Source of the DNA: Candidatus Zixiibacteriota bacterium | GTDB taxonomy: Bacteria > Zixibacteria > MSB-5A5 > GN15 > JAAZOE01 | DNA length: 64,000 nt | Assembly (NCBI GenBank): GCA_043819555.1 | Contig: JBDREQ010000009.1 | Location: 64,001-128,000, forward strand | Reading direction: 5' to 3' | Position numbers and translations under genes: made by a program | Notes under the pieces: model-generated | Told to the model about the DNA's origin: nothing | What the model saw: the letters and a program-made list of their open reading frames with translations, nothing else | The model's database searches: none | Shown here: positions 9,972 through 20,642 of the stretch, piece after piece | Layout: every line of letters begins with the position of its first letter | Numbering within the stretch: the stretch's first letter is position 1

Positions 9972-11417
9972 ATGGATATAGAAAAAATCGCCATGGAAGG
10001 TCTGGTGGCGGCATCGATGCAAAAAGCATCATACTGCGATATCCGCTACGAGATTATTCACGATGAAAATCTTTCTTACTCCGACGGCGAAGCCGAACCG
10101 ATCGAAAGTTCGGTCTCGGCCGGGTGGTCGGTGCGGATGCTCCTGGATGGAGCCTGGGGATTTGCCGCGTCGGATGACGCCACACTGACAATTGACAAAT
10201 TAGTCGAGCAGGCGGCGGCAATCGCGAAGGCATCGGCCAAAGTTATGAAAACTCCGGTCGAATTGACGCCAATTGAGATCGGTGAGGGCGATTTCAAATC
10301 CGATTTCAAAATCGATCCGTTTACGGTACCGCTGGAAGACAAAATCGCCTACCTGGCCGATCTCGACTCAGCGATGGGAGCGGTTGAAGGCATAAACACC
10401 CGCAGTTGCTTTGCTTCATTTCGCAAACTGGACAAATGGTTTTTCTCGTCGGAAGGATGCAAACAGCATCAGCTTCTGATTCAATCTGGCGCGGGATTAA
10501 GCCTTGGGCAGGCCGTTTCGCGCCGGGAACGGGCCGAACGGTCATATCCCAAACCGGCCGGACAGTACGAGCTCAAAGGATATGAGCTGTTGGATGAATT
10601 GAAATTAAAAGATCAAATCTCGCGCATGGCTAAAGAAATCACGATGGTTCTCGCCGCTCCGGCCTGTCCTCAAAAGAATACAACTCTCGTACTGGGCGGA
10701 AATATCACATCGCTGGTGATTCACGAAACTATCGGACATGCTCTCGAACTGGACCGGGTCTTTGGCGCCGAGCGGAATTTTTCGGGGATATCGTTTGCCA
10801 CTCCGGATAATCTCAATTTTCTTCAGTACGGCTCCGAAATCGTCAACGTCTATACCGATTCGACCATCCCGCACGGGTTGGGATCATTTATCTGGGATGA
10901 TGAAGGCGTCAAAAGCAAACGCACTCAGCTTATCAAAAACGGCAAACTTATAAACTATCTATCATCGCGGGAGATGGCGGGTCGGGTGGGACTCACGAGC
11001 TCCGGAAACATGCGGGCCGAAGGATGGACCAATATTCCGATTGTGCGTATGACCAATACCATCCTTGAGCCAGGCGACAAAACTTTTGAACAGCTCATCG
11101 GTGAAGTCGATGATGGAATTTATATGGACGGCCCGACTTCATGGTCGATTGATGATTTGCGTAAAAACTTCCAATTTGGATGCGAAATTGGTTGGGAAAT
11201 CAAAGGCGGCAAACTGGCCGGAGTTGTAAAAAATCCGACTTTTTCGGGATGCACGACTCAGCTCTGGAATAACTGCGATGCTATCGGCGATAAGTCGCAA
11301 TTTGTCCTGCAGGGCACGCCCAATTGCGGCAAAGGCCAACCGGGCCAAAACGCGCGAACAGGGGAAGGCGCGTCGCCCGTTAGATTTGTTAGCATCGACG
11401 TGGGAGGGCAGTCATGA
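9972..11417 (+). CDS. tldD: TldD family metalloprotease (catalytic subunit)
   Basis: IHETIGHALELDR (HExxxH), WDDEGV, IVRMTN and CGKGQPGQ motifs. Confidence 0.92.
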   Translation: MDIEKIAMEGLVAASMQKASYCDIRYEIIHDENLSYSDGEAEPIESSVSAGWSVRMLLDGAWGFAASDDATLTIDKLVEQAAAIAKASAKVMKTPVELTPIEIGEGDFKSDFKIDPFTVPLEDKIAYLADLDSAMGAVEGINTRSCFASFRKLDKWFFSSEGCKQHQLLIQSGAGLSLGQAVSRRERAERSYPKPAGQYELKGYELLDELKLKDQISRMAKEITMVLAAPACPQKNTTLVLGGNITSLVIHETIGHALELDRVFGAERNFSGISFATPDNLNFLQYGSEIVNVYTDSTIPHGLGSFIWDDEGVKSKRTQLIKNGKLINYLSSREMAGRVGLTSSGNMRAEGWTNIPIVRMTNTILEPGDKTFEQLIGEVDDGIYMDGPTSWSIDDLRKNFQFGCEIGWEIKGGKLAGVVKNPTFSGCTTQLWNNCDAIGDKSQFVLQGTPNCGKGQPGQNARTGEGASPVRFVSIDVGGQS

Positions 11418-12778
11418 TGAACCGCGATAATATCAATGGAATTTTGAAAAGCGCCCTCAAGAATTCCACTGCAGATATGACTGAAGCCGTTTTGATGGCG
11501 GAAAAAACAGATTTGACCCGTTTTGCCGAATCAACTATCACACAGAATTTATCACAAGAACAAACAACACTGGTTATTACGGCCGTCAATGAAAAGAAAA
11601 TCGGAATCGCCGCGACCAACGATGTTAGCGAGAATGGAATCAAAGCCGCGGTCACGTCGGCCAACAAAATCAGCTTACTTCAAAAACCGGATGAACGGTT
11701 TGTGTCGTTCCCTGACAAATCAGTAGCGCCTCCGATGAGTAAAGTCGTGACAGTAGAACCTAATCTATCATATACTCCCAATGAAATGGCGGAAGTAGTA
11801 TCTAAGGTTGCGGCGATGGCAGGAAAAGAAAAACTGAACGCATCCGGAGCCTTTCGACATGATATCAATACCGTCGCGCTGGCTAATTCAGTAGGCGCTT
11901 TTCAATACGGCCAAAACGGAAAAAGCGAATTGTCGCTGACCATCGTTGGGGAAGGCGAGCAATCGGGATATGGGGTTTCATTCAGTCCCGATCCGGCTAA
12001 TATTGATTATCAAACGGCAGCATCACGAGCGATTGAAAAAGCAAAAAATAATATCAATCCGGTGGTTCTTGACGATGGCCAATATACTGTCATCCTTGAA
12101 CCGGCCGCTGTCGGGCAGCTATTATTGTTTTTGAGTTTTCTCGGGATGGGCGGCCGGACGCTGCTGCAACAACGCTCGTATTTGTCGGGAAAAACCGGGG
12201 AACTCATAACCGGCGAAAATATCACCATCGCTGACGAGATTGACAATCCCGCTTTCGGTGCGCTTCTGTTTGATTATGAAGGCGTTCCAACCAAACGAAT
12301 CGTCCCGATTGAAAGCGGCAAAGCCGGTGAAGGCGCATTCGATACTTACATCGGCAATATTATGGACGTACCGTCAACAGGACATTCGGTTCAGCCTAAT
12401 AACAGCTTCGGCCCATATCCCAAACATCTGGTGATGTCGCCGGGCGCCAGCACGGTCGAAAAGATGATTGCCTCGACTGAAAAAGGCGTCCTCATCACTC
12501 ATTTCTGGTATATCAATTATCTCAATCCAATGAGGACGATGATTACCGGGACGACATTTGACGGAACGTTTCTAATCGAGAATGGCAAAATCGGTCCGGC
12601 GATTAAAAATATGCGAACCAATCAATCGATTCTTGAAGCGTTCTCAAACGTCGAGATGATGAGTAAGGATAGAATCGTATATCCTCAATATTCGTCTTTG
12701 ATGATGGTGCCGGCGATGAAGATAAATAATTTTAATCTGGTTCAAGAAACTAAAGAAGAATGGGAGGGATCATGTTAA
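11414..12778 (+). CDS. pmbA: TldE/PmbA family protein
   Basis: LTRFAES.ITQN, YTVILEPAAV, FDYEGVP and TGTTFDGTFLIENG motifs; no HExxxH; overlaps the tldD stop. Confidence 0.88.
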   Translation: MMNRDNINGILKSALKNSTADMTEAVLMAEKTDLTRFAESTITQNLSQEQTTLVITAVNEKKIGIAATNDVSENGIKAAVTSANKISLLQKPDERFVSFPDKSVAPPMSKVVTVEPNLSYTPNEMAEVVSKVAAMAGKEKLNASGAFRHDINTVALANSVGAFQYGQNGKSELSLTIVGEGEQSGYGVSFSPDPANIDYQTAASRAIEKAKNNINPVVLDDGQYTVILEPAAVGQLLLFLSFLGMGGRTLLQQRSYLSGKTGELITGENITIADEIDNPAFGALLFDYEGVPTKRIVPIESGKAGEGAFDTYIGNIMDVPSTGHSVQPNNSFGPYPKHLVMSPGASTVEKMIASTEKGVLITHFWYINYLNPMRTMITGTTFDGTFLIENGKIGPAIKNMRTNQSILEAFSNVEMMSKDRIVYPQYSSLMMVPAMKINNFNLVQETKEEWEGSC

Positions 12779-13002
12779 AAAGGCGTGAGTTTTTGCAACT
12801 GTCGACTTTGCTGGCGGCGGGCGCGGTGGTAACATTATCATCCGCCGGTGAGATCCTTGCGATAGATGATGAACCAATCATTGAAGATTCATCCTGTCCC
12901 ATTTTGCGATTTCACGGCCATGCCCGATCAGGGTGCGCCTTTCGTCCGGAACTAACCGATATGTGGCATGGCGGAGGCGGCCAGCTTCCTGATATGGTTT
13001 AA
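12772..13002 (+). CDS. Small protein (76 aa) with a twin-arginine signal peptide
   Basis: GGAGGG SD then ATG at 12772. KRREFLQ Tat motif, h-region, ILA cleavage. Overlaps the pmbA stop and is TAATG-coupled to prmC. Confidence 0.7.
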   Translation: MLKRREFLQLSTLLAAGAVVTLSSAGEILAIDDEPIIEDSSCPILRFHGHARSGCAFRPELTDMWHGGGGQLPDMV

Positions 13003-13862
13003 TGGCAAACATCAATATTAATAAATTGATTACTGAAGCCGGCCATACGCTACGCGATGCTGACATCGACGCCGGCACAGTCGAAGCCGAATTAATCCTG
13101 TGCGAACTTCTCGATATCGAACGGCTCAAATTGTATCTCGACGGCAGTACGATGATCACGCCGGATATTTTGAAAAAATTCAATGAAATTATTGAAAAAA
13201 GAAAAACGCGTTATCCATTGCAATATATTCTGGGATCGGCATGGTTTTTCGGTAGGAAATTCACCGTTAATGAAAACGTGATGGTTCCTTGCCCGGAAAC
13301 AGAGATTCTGCTCGATTGTGTTTTGCGCACCGCCCGCCAAATCGATAAAAAACCGGTCAGGCTTCTCGATTTGGGAACCGGATCGGGAGTGGTAGCGGTA
13401 TCGGCCCGGCTGGAGGATGAAAGCATAGATGTAACCGCATCGGATATTTCTGATGATGCGCTGGAAGTTGCCAGAAATAATGCATTAAATCTGAAGGCTG
13501 ATGGCATTAAATTCATTCAATCGGATTTATTTGAATCGATTGTTAAGAACTCGAAATTCAATATAATCGCGTCGAATCCGCCATATATAAAAAATAGCGA
13601 CTATGACGGCCTGCCGCCGGAAGTTAAGGCCGATCCCAAAATATCACTGCTGGGCGGAAGCAGCGGAATGGAAATAATTGAAAAATTAATCAGGCAGGCT
13701 CCTGATTATCTAAAAAAACCGGGGTCGCTGATTTTTGAAATCGGATATGACCAGGCGGAAATGATTTTTGATATGGTCGATGCCGATTCGCGCTATTATG
13801 ACTGCGCCCTCCTCAAAGACCTGGCCAATATCGACCGAGTCGTTATATGCAAAGTATCTTAA
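13002..13862 (+). CDS. prmC: Release factor glutamine methyltransferase
   Basis: YPLQYILG, LDLGTGSG, SNPPY and EIGYDQ motifs. The usual PRPETE motif reads PCPETE. Confidence 0.9.
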   Translation: MANININKLITEAGHTLRDADIDAGTVEAELILCELLDIERLKLYLDGSTMITPDILKKFNEIIEKRKTRYPLQYILGSAWFFGRKFTVNENVMVPCPETEILLDCVLRTARQIDKKPVRLLDLGTGSGVVAVSARLEDESIDVTASDISDDALEVARNNALNLKADGIKFIQSDLFESIVKNSKFNIIASNPPYIKNSDYDGLPPEVKADPKISLLGGSSGMEIIEKLIRQAPDYLKKPGSLIFEIGYDQAEMIFDMVDADSRYYDCALLKDLANIDRVVICKVS

Positions 13863-13866
13863 AAAG

Positions 13867-14259
13867 TTATTGTATAATCGAATCTATTTCCTCGACCTGC
13901 CAGTCGCTGCCAAGCCATACACCGTAAATATCGACAGGGAGATTCCAGGATTTCACGGTTTGCATCGCCCTCTTTAGATGTTTTAAATGTTCGTCTCTGG
14001 AGACCGGATTACCTGCGCATTGATCGTGAGCGACGATGGCGATCACCGATGATTTATGTTCTTCGACTGAAATCAATACCCGCTGCTTAATAGACTGGCT
14101 CAGCGGCGCAAATGGCGATGTCAATATTTTATCCGGTCCCGGTTCGGTGATGGTATCGATATAATCAACTCCGAATTTATCTCTCATCCACTGATTGACC
14201 GGCAATTGCGTCCGGCCGTCCATACAATTTATCGCGGTTGCAAATTTACCTTCGGCCAT
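13867..14259 (-). CDS. Putative small beta-class carbonic anhydrase
   Basis: CMDGR and HDQC (CxDxR...HxxC) Zn ligands. Confidence 0.75.
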   Translation of the reverse strand: MAEGKFATAINCMDGRTQLPVNQWMRDKFGVDYIDTITEPGPDKILTSPFAPLSQSIKQRVLISVEEHKSSVIAIVAHDQCAGNPVSRDEHLKHLKRAMQTVKSWNLPVDIYGVWLGSDWQVEEIDSIIQ

Positions 14260-14277
14260 GTAATGAACCTCCCGGAT

Positions 14278-15057
14278 TTATTCACGCTTAGTAAACTGAG
14301 CTTCTTCATATTCATGCACGATCTCAAAACCAATATTCTCATAGCATTTAATTGCGGGGATATTATCGGCCTTAACGTTGAGACAAACAAGTTTATTTTC
14401 GGCTGATAATTCTTCGGCAAGTTTCGACGTTATTTTTGTTGCCAGACCTCTACCCCGATAATCTGGATGCGTAGCGATAGAACCGAGAACGGTGATATTA
14501 TATTCATCGGAATAAACGTGCAGACCGGCGACAGACTTGAGGATTTCATTTTCGATATACCCAAAAAATCTATTTGTCGTCAGCATCCGCGGATCAAAAT
14601 AACCGTCAGGGTAAGCCTTTGTATAAAAGTTTTCGACCATTACAAGATGGCTCATATTCAATCGAACGATATTTTTATCGTTATCCTCATGCTGTTTGCT
14701 GAATTTGACCAGTTTCATCTTGAGGTGCTTGCCATGCGGTTCTTCGGTGAATTTGGATTTGAAGATGTCCTTATACTTATCCTGAAAATGACAGAAGAAT
14801 CTATCAGGGAAATATTCAAATTCTTTTTGTAAAAACAAATCGAATGCTTCGGTCAGGCCGAAGGCCATAACGGTGACGAACAGCGGATTGTTATATATAA
14901 GAATCGCCTCTTCGATTTCGTCTCTGTCATCCCTGAGCACCGGCCATTTACAGAGCGGAAAGAAAAATTCATCAAGATCACCGATATGATAGGCAAATAA
15001 GACCGGATTCTTTTGGAAATGAGCGATTAGCTTTTTTTTGTCTTGTATATGGGTCAT
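14278..15057 (-). CDS. GNAT family N-acetyltransferase (FR47-like)
   Basis: IATHPDYRGRGLA motif A, then NIPAIKCYENIGF. Confidence 0.85.
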   Translation of the reverse strand: MTHIQDKKKLIAHFQKNPVLFAYHIGDLDEFFFPLCKWPVLRDDRDEIEEAILIYNNPLFVTVMAFGLTEAFDLFLQKEFEYFPDRFFCHFQDKYKDIFKSKFTEEPHGKHLKMKLVKFSKQHEDNDKNIVRLNMSHLVMVENFYTKAYPDGYFDPRMLTTNRFFGYIENEILKSVAGLHVYSDEYNITVLGSIATHPDYRGRGLATKITSKLAEELSAENKLVCLNVKADNIPAIKCYENIGFEIVHEYEEAQFTKRE

Positions 15058-15247
15058 AGTGCTTTCTTACCTGTTAATCAATTTGCGTTTTAGGCGATCA
15101 ATTGTCAATATTCGCCGAGATATAATTGGAACTGCTCTGCCTCAAAATGGGTTTGCTTCCTCAGATTAACGTTTTTAGTCATATCAAATCGGTGGTGATT
15201 GTGGCAAAAGCCTGTTGTTATCTATCGCGCAGATGAACTGGACTTTT

Positions 15248-15324
15248 CCGGTAGGGATCGGTATCCGGGCCCGAAAGATTTTCCGTAAAATATGCGCGGG
15301 CTCGTCGCGACGAGCCCCTACTGG
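15248..15324. repeat. GTAG-type REP dyad (REPIN-like)
   Basis: CCGGTAGGG...CCCTACTGG inverted ends; perfect palindrome GGGCTCGTCGCGACGAGCCC at 15298-15317. Confidence 0.6.
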
Positions 15325-15693
15325 TGATTGTTTAATTGTAATATGTTTCATCTTGCTATTAGCGGTAAATTCGGAAATTGCGGTGGATTTAATGGGGAAT
15401 TTGTTAAGGCCTTACGAGATATGCGCGAAAAAATGCTTCGCCTATTTTTCGGACAGGCCACCGGTCTATTGTTAATATAGTAGATGAATCGTTGTAAACC
15501 CACCCAATGGGTGGGGTACGAGTTTATATTAAGATGATTCTGATCCTGCCCTTAGGTTTTGAGGCCTGTAATGTAGATAAGAACTCCCGATTCGTTCACA
15601 GGATCGCCAAACACCGAACGGTATCTTAGGCGTCAGGGTAAACTGACAGGCTGGATTGTCAATTGGAGGGTGGAAAATTACCGTAAGGTATAA

Positions 15694-17607
15694 TTACTCC
15701 TCGTCAATAAAGCGGATATGACCTAGGGCATAACAATTATCGCCTTTTACTGGGAAAATATGCAACTCATCAAATCCTCGTTGTCTGGCCTTTAGGGGAA
15801 CTTCAAGTATCGATATAGATAATCCCCCATGAGGAATAATTTTGGCTGGAAGATATAGAGAATCTACGGCAGAAGTATCCATTGCGAAAATTATATTTAG
15901 GTCATCATTATGATCGCGGCTAATTTCTAGTTTTTTGGAATAATATATTTCGCCAAGAATAACTCTGACCCCCAAGTCATTAAAAATTATATTCCTGGAA
16001 TCGAGCCAATTCGTACCCTCATCCCTGGGAGTTGCTATATCTGAAAAAAAAGCTTGCTTCATATGCGGGAGTTCATAAGCTTCTATCAATTCATCATATT
16101 CCCCCAGATTGAAATTTATAATTTCCTTTAACCGTTCAAAATCAAAAATATCACCTGATACTATTAGTTGAAGCTTGTCATAATATTTCGCAAGGTTGCT
16201 GTCCGCGATTACATTTTTACCGGTTTCCAGGGTTGTTAAATATCCGGGAGGCATTGCCCTTCGAAAATGTCCCATTTTATAACGTACGTCTTTTTTTACG
16301 GGCAGGCGCGCTAAAAAGGGTTCTGATAGAGCATGAACATCCACTACATATAATTCCGGGCCGCCCCAAAAACCATACATACCAATTGCTCCATGGACTT
16401 TAAATTTCAAACCTGAATTTCTGGCCGCTTCTCCTTCATAAGCCCATCCATGAGATGGCCAAAGGCGCGCAAATTCATCATAACACAACAATCCACTGCT
16501 TGGATTATAATAGCACCGCTCGTCGTTTATAGTGTTTCTTAATTCAAAATTTGTGGTGTTGTCATTCCCGCTCGCATAAAGAGGCGATCGAGGGACCGAC
16601 AACCCCGCAACTAAAATTAATCCGGTAATCAACGTCAGGGTTTTTTCCTGATTTTTTAATTTATACCTCGATAAAATGCTTATCGAACATAAAAAAGGAA
16701 CAGCCAGATGCCGTCCACTCATAAAACAACCACCGATTTTCACAACATATATCAGATATATAACAACACCAAGACTGATTGGAATAAATCTAACCTCCTT
16801 GAAAAACAAAGGTATACAAACCCCACAGATTATTATAAAAAACGTAATGGGATCAAATTCGATGGTGCTCAGGATATAGCAAAAACCTTGCTTCCACAAA
16901 ATTGTGCTGTCCAAGCCGGTACACAATTTGGCGTAAGCTGTATTTGGAAAGGGAAAGCCGTAATACAGAAGTGAGAATAATTCCCACGTGATCAATGGCA
17001 ACATACCCATAATGAGAATTTTTAACGCAGTTACCCCACGAACTTTCCAAAAAGCATAACCAAGTATCGGTGCATAGATCAGGGCAGCATCCATCCGATT
17101 TATAATAGCAAGGCTTGCTATGACTGAAAGTGTCGCAAGCCATTTGTAATTATATTTGAATTGGAAATATATTAACAGAAAAATAATCATCAATAAATAG
17201 GCCAGTGGATTTTCAAGCCCCGAAGTGGAGAAATCTATAAATGCGCTAGATAGGGTCAGCGTCAAAATTGCAAGTAATGCAGAGAATAAAGAGCGGGCAA
17301 TTCTAAAGGCAAGTAATGCAACAGCTGAGAAAGAAATTAAAACTGACATACTGATCGCCGTAAAATACATGTTTTTCGTAATCATATATATTGGTGATAG
17401 AACAAAAACCCAGAGTGGATTGGTGAAGGCCTGTACCCGCTCAGCGACATTCCAGCGTAAGCCAAATCCATTTACGAAATTATCGATGACCCGGAATGAA
17501 ATGTAGGCATCATCACAAGTCCAGGCGTTACGCAATACAACGATTACGTAAAAAAGCAAAAATACGATTATCAGGAGAGTTTCCCCGCGTTTGTTTGATA
17601 AGTCCAT
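15694..17607 (-). CDS. GT-C superfamily membrane glycosyltransferase (ArnT/AftB-like) with periplasmic C-terminal domain
   Basis: CDDAYISFR..DN...GFGLRWN..ERVQAFTNPLW, TSGLENPL and FPFPNTAYAK motifs; many TM helices. ATG at 17607 has an AGAGG SD. AT-rich. Confidence 0.75.
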   Translation of the reverse strand: MDLSNKRGETLLIIVFLLFYVIVVLRNAWTCDDAYISFRVIDNFVNGFGLRWNVAERVQAFTNPLWVFVLSPIYMITKNMYFTAISMSVLISFSAVALLAFRIARSLFSALLAILTLTLSSAFIDFSTSGLENPLAYLLMIIFLLIYFQFKYNYKWLATLSVIASLAIINRMDAALIYAPILGYAFWKVRGVTALKILIMGMLPLITWELFSLLYYGFPFPNTAYAKLCTGLDSTILWKQGFCYILSTIEFDPITFFIIICGVCIPLFFKEVRFIPISLGVVIYLIYVVKIGGCFMSGRHLAVPFLCSISILSRYKLKNQEKTLTLITGLILVAGLSVPRSPLYASGNDNTTNFELRNTINDERCYYNPSSGLLCYDEFARLWPSHGWAYEGEAARNSGLKFKVHGAIGMYGFWGGPELYVVDVHALSEPFLARLPVKKDVRYKMGHFRRAMPPGYLTTLETGKNVIADSNLAKYYDKLQLIVSGDIFDFERLKEIINFNLGEYDELIEAYELPHMKQAFFSDIATPRDEGTNWLDSRNIIFNDLGVRVILGEIYYSKKLEISRDHNDDLNIIFAMDTSAVDSLYLPAKIIPHGGLSISILEVPLKARQRGFDELHIFPVKGDNCYALGHIRFIDEE

Positions 17608-17776
17608 TACCAGCCTCTGCAAAAATTACTTATGACTATTTCTAAATCAATAGCTGTTTATTTAATAGACGCTCCTTCATGTTCTAATTTGTTCATCTGT
17701 GAGGCGATTAGGGATTGCTTCTTGTGTCTAAGATAATTAATGGTCTATAATTGTCAATCCCAATATTAATAAACCC

Positions 17777-20602
17777 TCATCCCCCAAATTCATTTTTTAA
17801 GAACTGGCCGGTGTAGGATTTTTTGACCTGAGCGACTTCTTCCGGCGTTCCCGATGCGACAACCATCCCGCCGTCATCGCCCCCTTCGGGACCGAGATCG
17901 ATTATATAATCGGCGGTTTTTATCACATCCAGATTGTGCTCGATGACCAGAACGGTATTGCCCCGGTCAACCAACTCCTGCAATACACCAAGGAGCATCC
18001 GAATATCCTCAAAATGCAAACCGGTGGTCGGTTCATCGAGAATATACATCGTCTTACCAGTGGCGATCTTGGAAAGCTCGGTCGATAGTTTGACGCGCTG
18101 GGCCTCGCCTCCAGATAATGTTGTCGCCTGCTGGCCAAGGCAAATATATCCCAGTCCAACGCTTTTGATGGTCTGCAGTTTGCGCCGGATGAGCGGAATA
18201 TTGGTGAAAAATTCCAGCCCTTCATCGACGGTCATAGCCAGAACATCGGAAATGTTCTTGCCTTTATAAGAAATCTCCAGAGTTTCTTTGTTGTATCGTT
18301 TTCCCTTGCATTCCTGGCACGGCACATACACGTCCGGTAGAAAATGCATCTCGATTTTGATAATACCATCGCCCTGGCATGATTCGCATCGCCCCCCTTT
18401 GACATTGAACGAAAACCGCCCCGGCATATATCCACGCACCTTTGATTCAGGCAGGTAGGCGAACAGATCCCGTATCGGCGTAAAGACTCCCGTATAGGTG
18501 GCCGGGTTGGAGCGCGGCGTACGACCGATAGGCGACTGGTCGATATCGATAACTTTATCGATATTTTGCAAACCTTGAATCGAACCGTATTCCAGAGGCG
18601 TTTGCCGGGAATGGTAAAACTGCCGCGCCATGATGCGATACAGCGTTTCATTTATCAGCGTCGATTTGCCCGAACCGGAAACGCCGGTCACGCAGATAAA
18701 AAGCCCGAGCGGAATATCAACCGAGATTTTTTTCAAATTATTTCCGGCCGCCTTAAATAGCTTGACCCGTTTGCCGTTGCCGATGCGCCGTTTATCGGGA
18801 ATGGGGATTGTTTTTTTACCGGACAGATATTGACCGGTCAGTGATTTTGCATTGCGTTTTATGGCTGTCGGTTTTCCCTCAGCAATCACATGCCCGCCCT
18901 GCTTGCCGGCCCCCGGCCCCAGATCAATGACATGGTCGGCCGACATGATCGTATCGCGATCATGCTCGACGACGAGAACGGTATTGCCCAGATCCCGCAG
19001 TTCATTGAGGGTAGTCAAAAGCCGATGATTGTCGCGCTGATGAAGCCCGATCGATGGTTCGTCGAGAATATATAAGACACCAACCAGACGGGAACCAATC
19101 TGAGTCGCCAGGCGGATACGCTGCGCTTCGCCACCCGATAATGTTGACGCCGCTCGAGATAAGGTCAGATAATCCAAGCCGACATTGACCAGAAATCCCA
19201 AACGTTCCCGCAGTTCTTTAAGCACTTGCTTTGCTATCATCTCCTGCGTCTTAGTCAGTTTCAATTTATCGAAAAAGACTTTGACGTCTTTGATGGACAT
19301 TCCGGTCAGGTCATGGATATTTGTTTTATTAATCAGAATTGATAATGCTTCCCGCCGCAGGCGGGTGCCATGACAAGAAGGACAATCGCTTTTCGACATG
19401 TAATTTTCAATCCAGACCCTGATGCCGTCCGATTCGGTTTGTTTATATCTCCGTTCCAGATGTCTGACGATACCCTCGAATTTCGATTCGTACATGCCCG
19501 AACCGCGCCCATTGGAATGTTCATACTGAAACTTGATTTTCTCACGGCCGGAACCATGCATCAATATATCCTGAATTTTTTTTGGCAATTTGTCATATGG
19601 CGTCGTCATTTTGAACTTATAATGTTCGGCCAATCCTTTGAGCATATAGCGGTACCAATTGGCCGAATCGGAAGCCCATGGCGAAATAGCTCCATCCAGA
19701 AGCGATTTATTGGGGTCGGGCACGATCATTTCCGGATCGACCTCCAATTTTGTTCCGAGACCTCCGCACGACGGACAGGCGCCGTAAGGCGAATTGAACG
19801 AAAACAATCTGGGAGCCGGTTCTTCGTAAGAAATATTGCAATTGAGGCAGGCATACTGTTCTGAAAACAGATATTCTTTATCATTAGCCTGAATAATAAC
19901 CGTTCCCTGAGCTACCTTCAGAGCTGTCTCCAATGAATCGGTTATCCTGCGAACCGATCGCGCATGAACCGCCAGCCGATCGACGACGGCTTCGACCGTG
20001 TGTTTCTTTTTCTTATCCAGTTCGATTTCGTCCTCGACTTCATAGATTTCACCATCCACACGCAAGCGGATAAATCCCTGACGGCGAGCTTCATCGATAA
20101 TCTCCCGATGCTCGCCTTTGCGGCCCCGCACAAGAGGGGCAAGAATTACAATCTTTGTCCCATCTTCAAACGACATAACCGAATCGACGATCTGGCTGGC
20201 CGACTGCTGGGTAATCGGTTTGCCGCAATTGAAACAATGGGGCGTCCCGACGCGGGCATACAAAAGACGGAGGTAATCATAAATTTCGGTGACAGTTCCC
20301 ACCGTTGAGCGGGGATTGCGAGCCGAGGTTCGCTGTTCGATTGAAATCGCCGGAGATAATCCTTCGATAAAATCGACATCCGGCTTTTCCATCAATCCCA
20401 GAAACTGGCGGGCGTAAGCCGATAACGATTCCACGTAACGCCTCTGTCCCTCGGCGTAAATGGTATCAAAAGCCAGCGATGATTTGCCCGACCCAGACAG
20501 GCCGGTAATGACGCATAATTTATCGCGCGGAATTTTTACCGAAATGTTTTTTAGATTATGTTCCCGCGCCCCTTTTACATACAAATATTGTGAATTGGCC
20601 AT
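17777..20602 (-). CDS. uvrA: Excinuclease ABC subunit A
   Basis: [23 protein letters not shown], two ABC domains with LSGGEAQR, and Zn fingers. Confidence 0.98.
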   Translation of the reverse strand: MANSQYLYVKGAREHNLKNISVKIPRDKLCVITGLSGSGKSSLAFDTIYAEGQRRYVESLSAYARQFLGLMEKPDVDFIEGLSPAISIEQRTSARNPRSTVGTVTEIYDYLRLLYARVGTPHCFNCGKPITQQSASQIVDSVMSFEDGTKIVILAPLVRGRKGEHREIIDEARRQGFIRLRVDGEIYEVEDEIELDKKKKHTVEAVVDRLAVHARSVRRITDSLETALKVAQGTVIIQANDKEYLFSEQYACLNCNISYEEPAPRLFSFNSPYGACPSCGGLGTKLEVDPEMIVPDPNKSLLDGAISPWASDSANWYRYMLKGLAEHYKFKMTTPYDKLPKKIQDILMHGSGREKIKFQYEHSNGRGSGMYESKFEGIVRHLERRYKQTESDGIRVWIENYMSKSDCPSCHGTRLRREALSILINKTNIHDLTGMSIKDVKVFFDKLKLTKTQEMIAKQVLKELRERLGFLVNVGLDYLTLSRAASTLSGGEAQRIRLATQIGSRLVGVLYILDEPSIGLHQRDNHRLLTTLNELRDLGNTVLVVEHDRDTIMSADHVIDLGPGAGKQGGHVIAEGKPTAIKRNAKSLTGQYLSGKKTIPIPDKRRIGNGKRVKLFKAAGNNLKKISVDIPLGLFICVTGVSGSGKSTLINETLYRIMARQFYHSRQTPLEYGSIQGLQNIDKVIDIDQSPIGRTPRSNPATYTGVFTPIRDLFAYLPESKVRGYMPGRFSFNVKGGRCESCQGDGIIKIEMHFLPDVYVPCQECKGKRYNKETLEISYKGKNISDVLAMTVDEGLEFFTNIPLIRRKLQTIKSVGLGYICLGQQATTLSGGEAQRVKLSTELSKIATGKTMYILDEPTTGLHFEDIRMLLGVLQELVDRGNTVLVIEHNLDVIKTADYIIDLGPEGGDDGGMVVASGTPEEVAQVKKSYTGQFLKNEFGG

Positions 20603-20642
20603 TTTTCTCGAATTACCTGTCTGTTTTCAAATTTTTACGCAA

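Noticed and set aside
15215..15475. 86-aa ORF in the intergenic region
   Set aside because: It runs through the REP dyad, has a TTG start without an SD, and has no recognisable domain.
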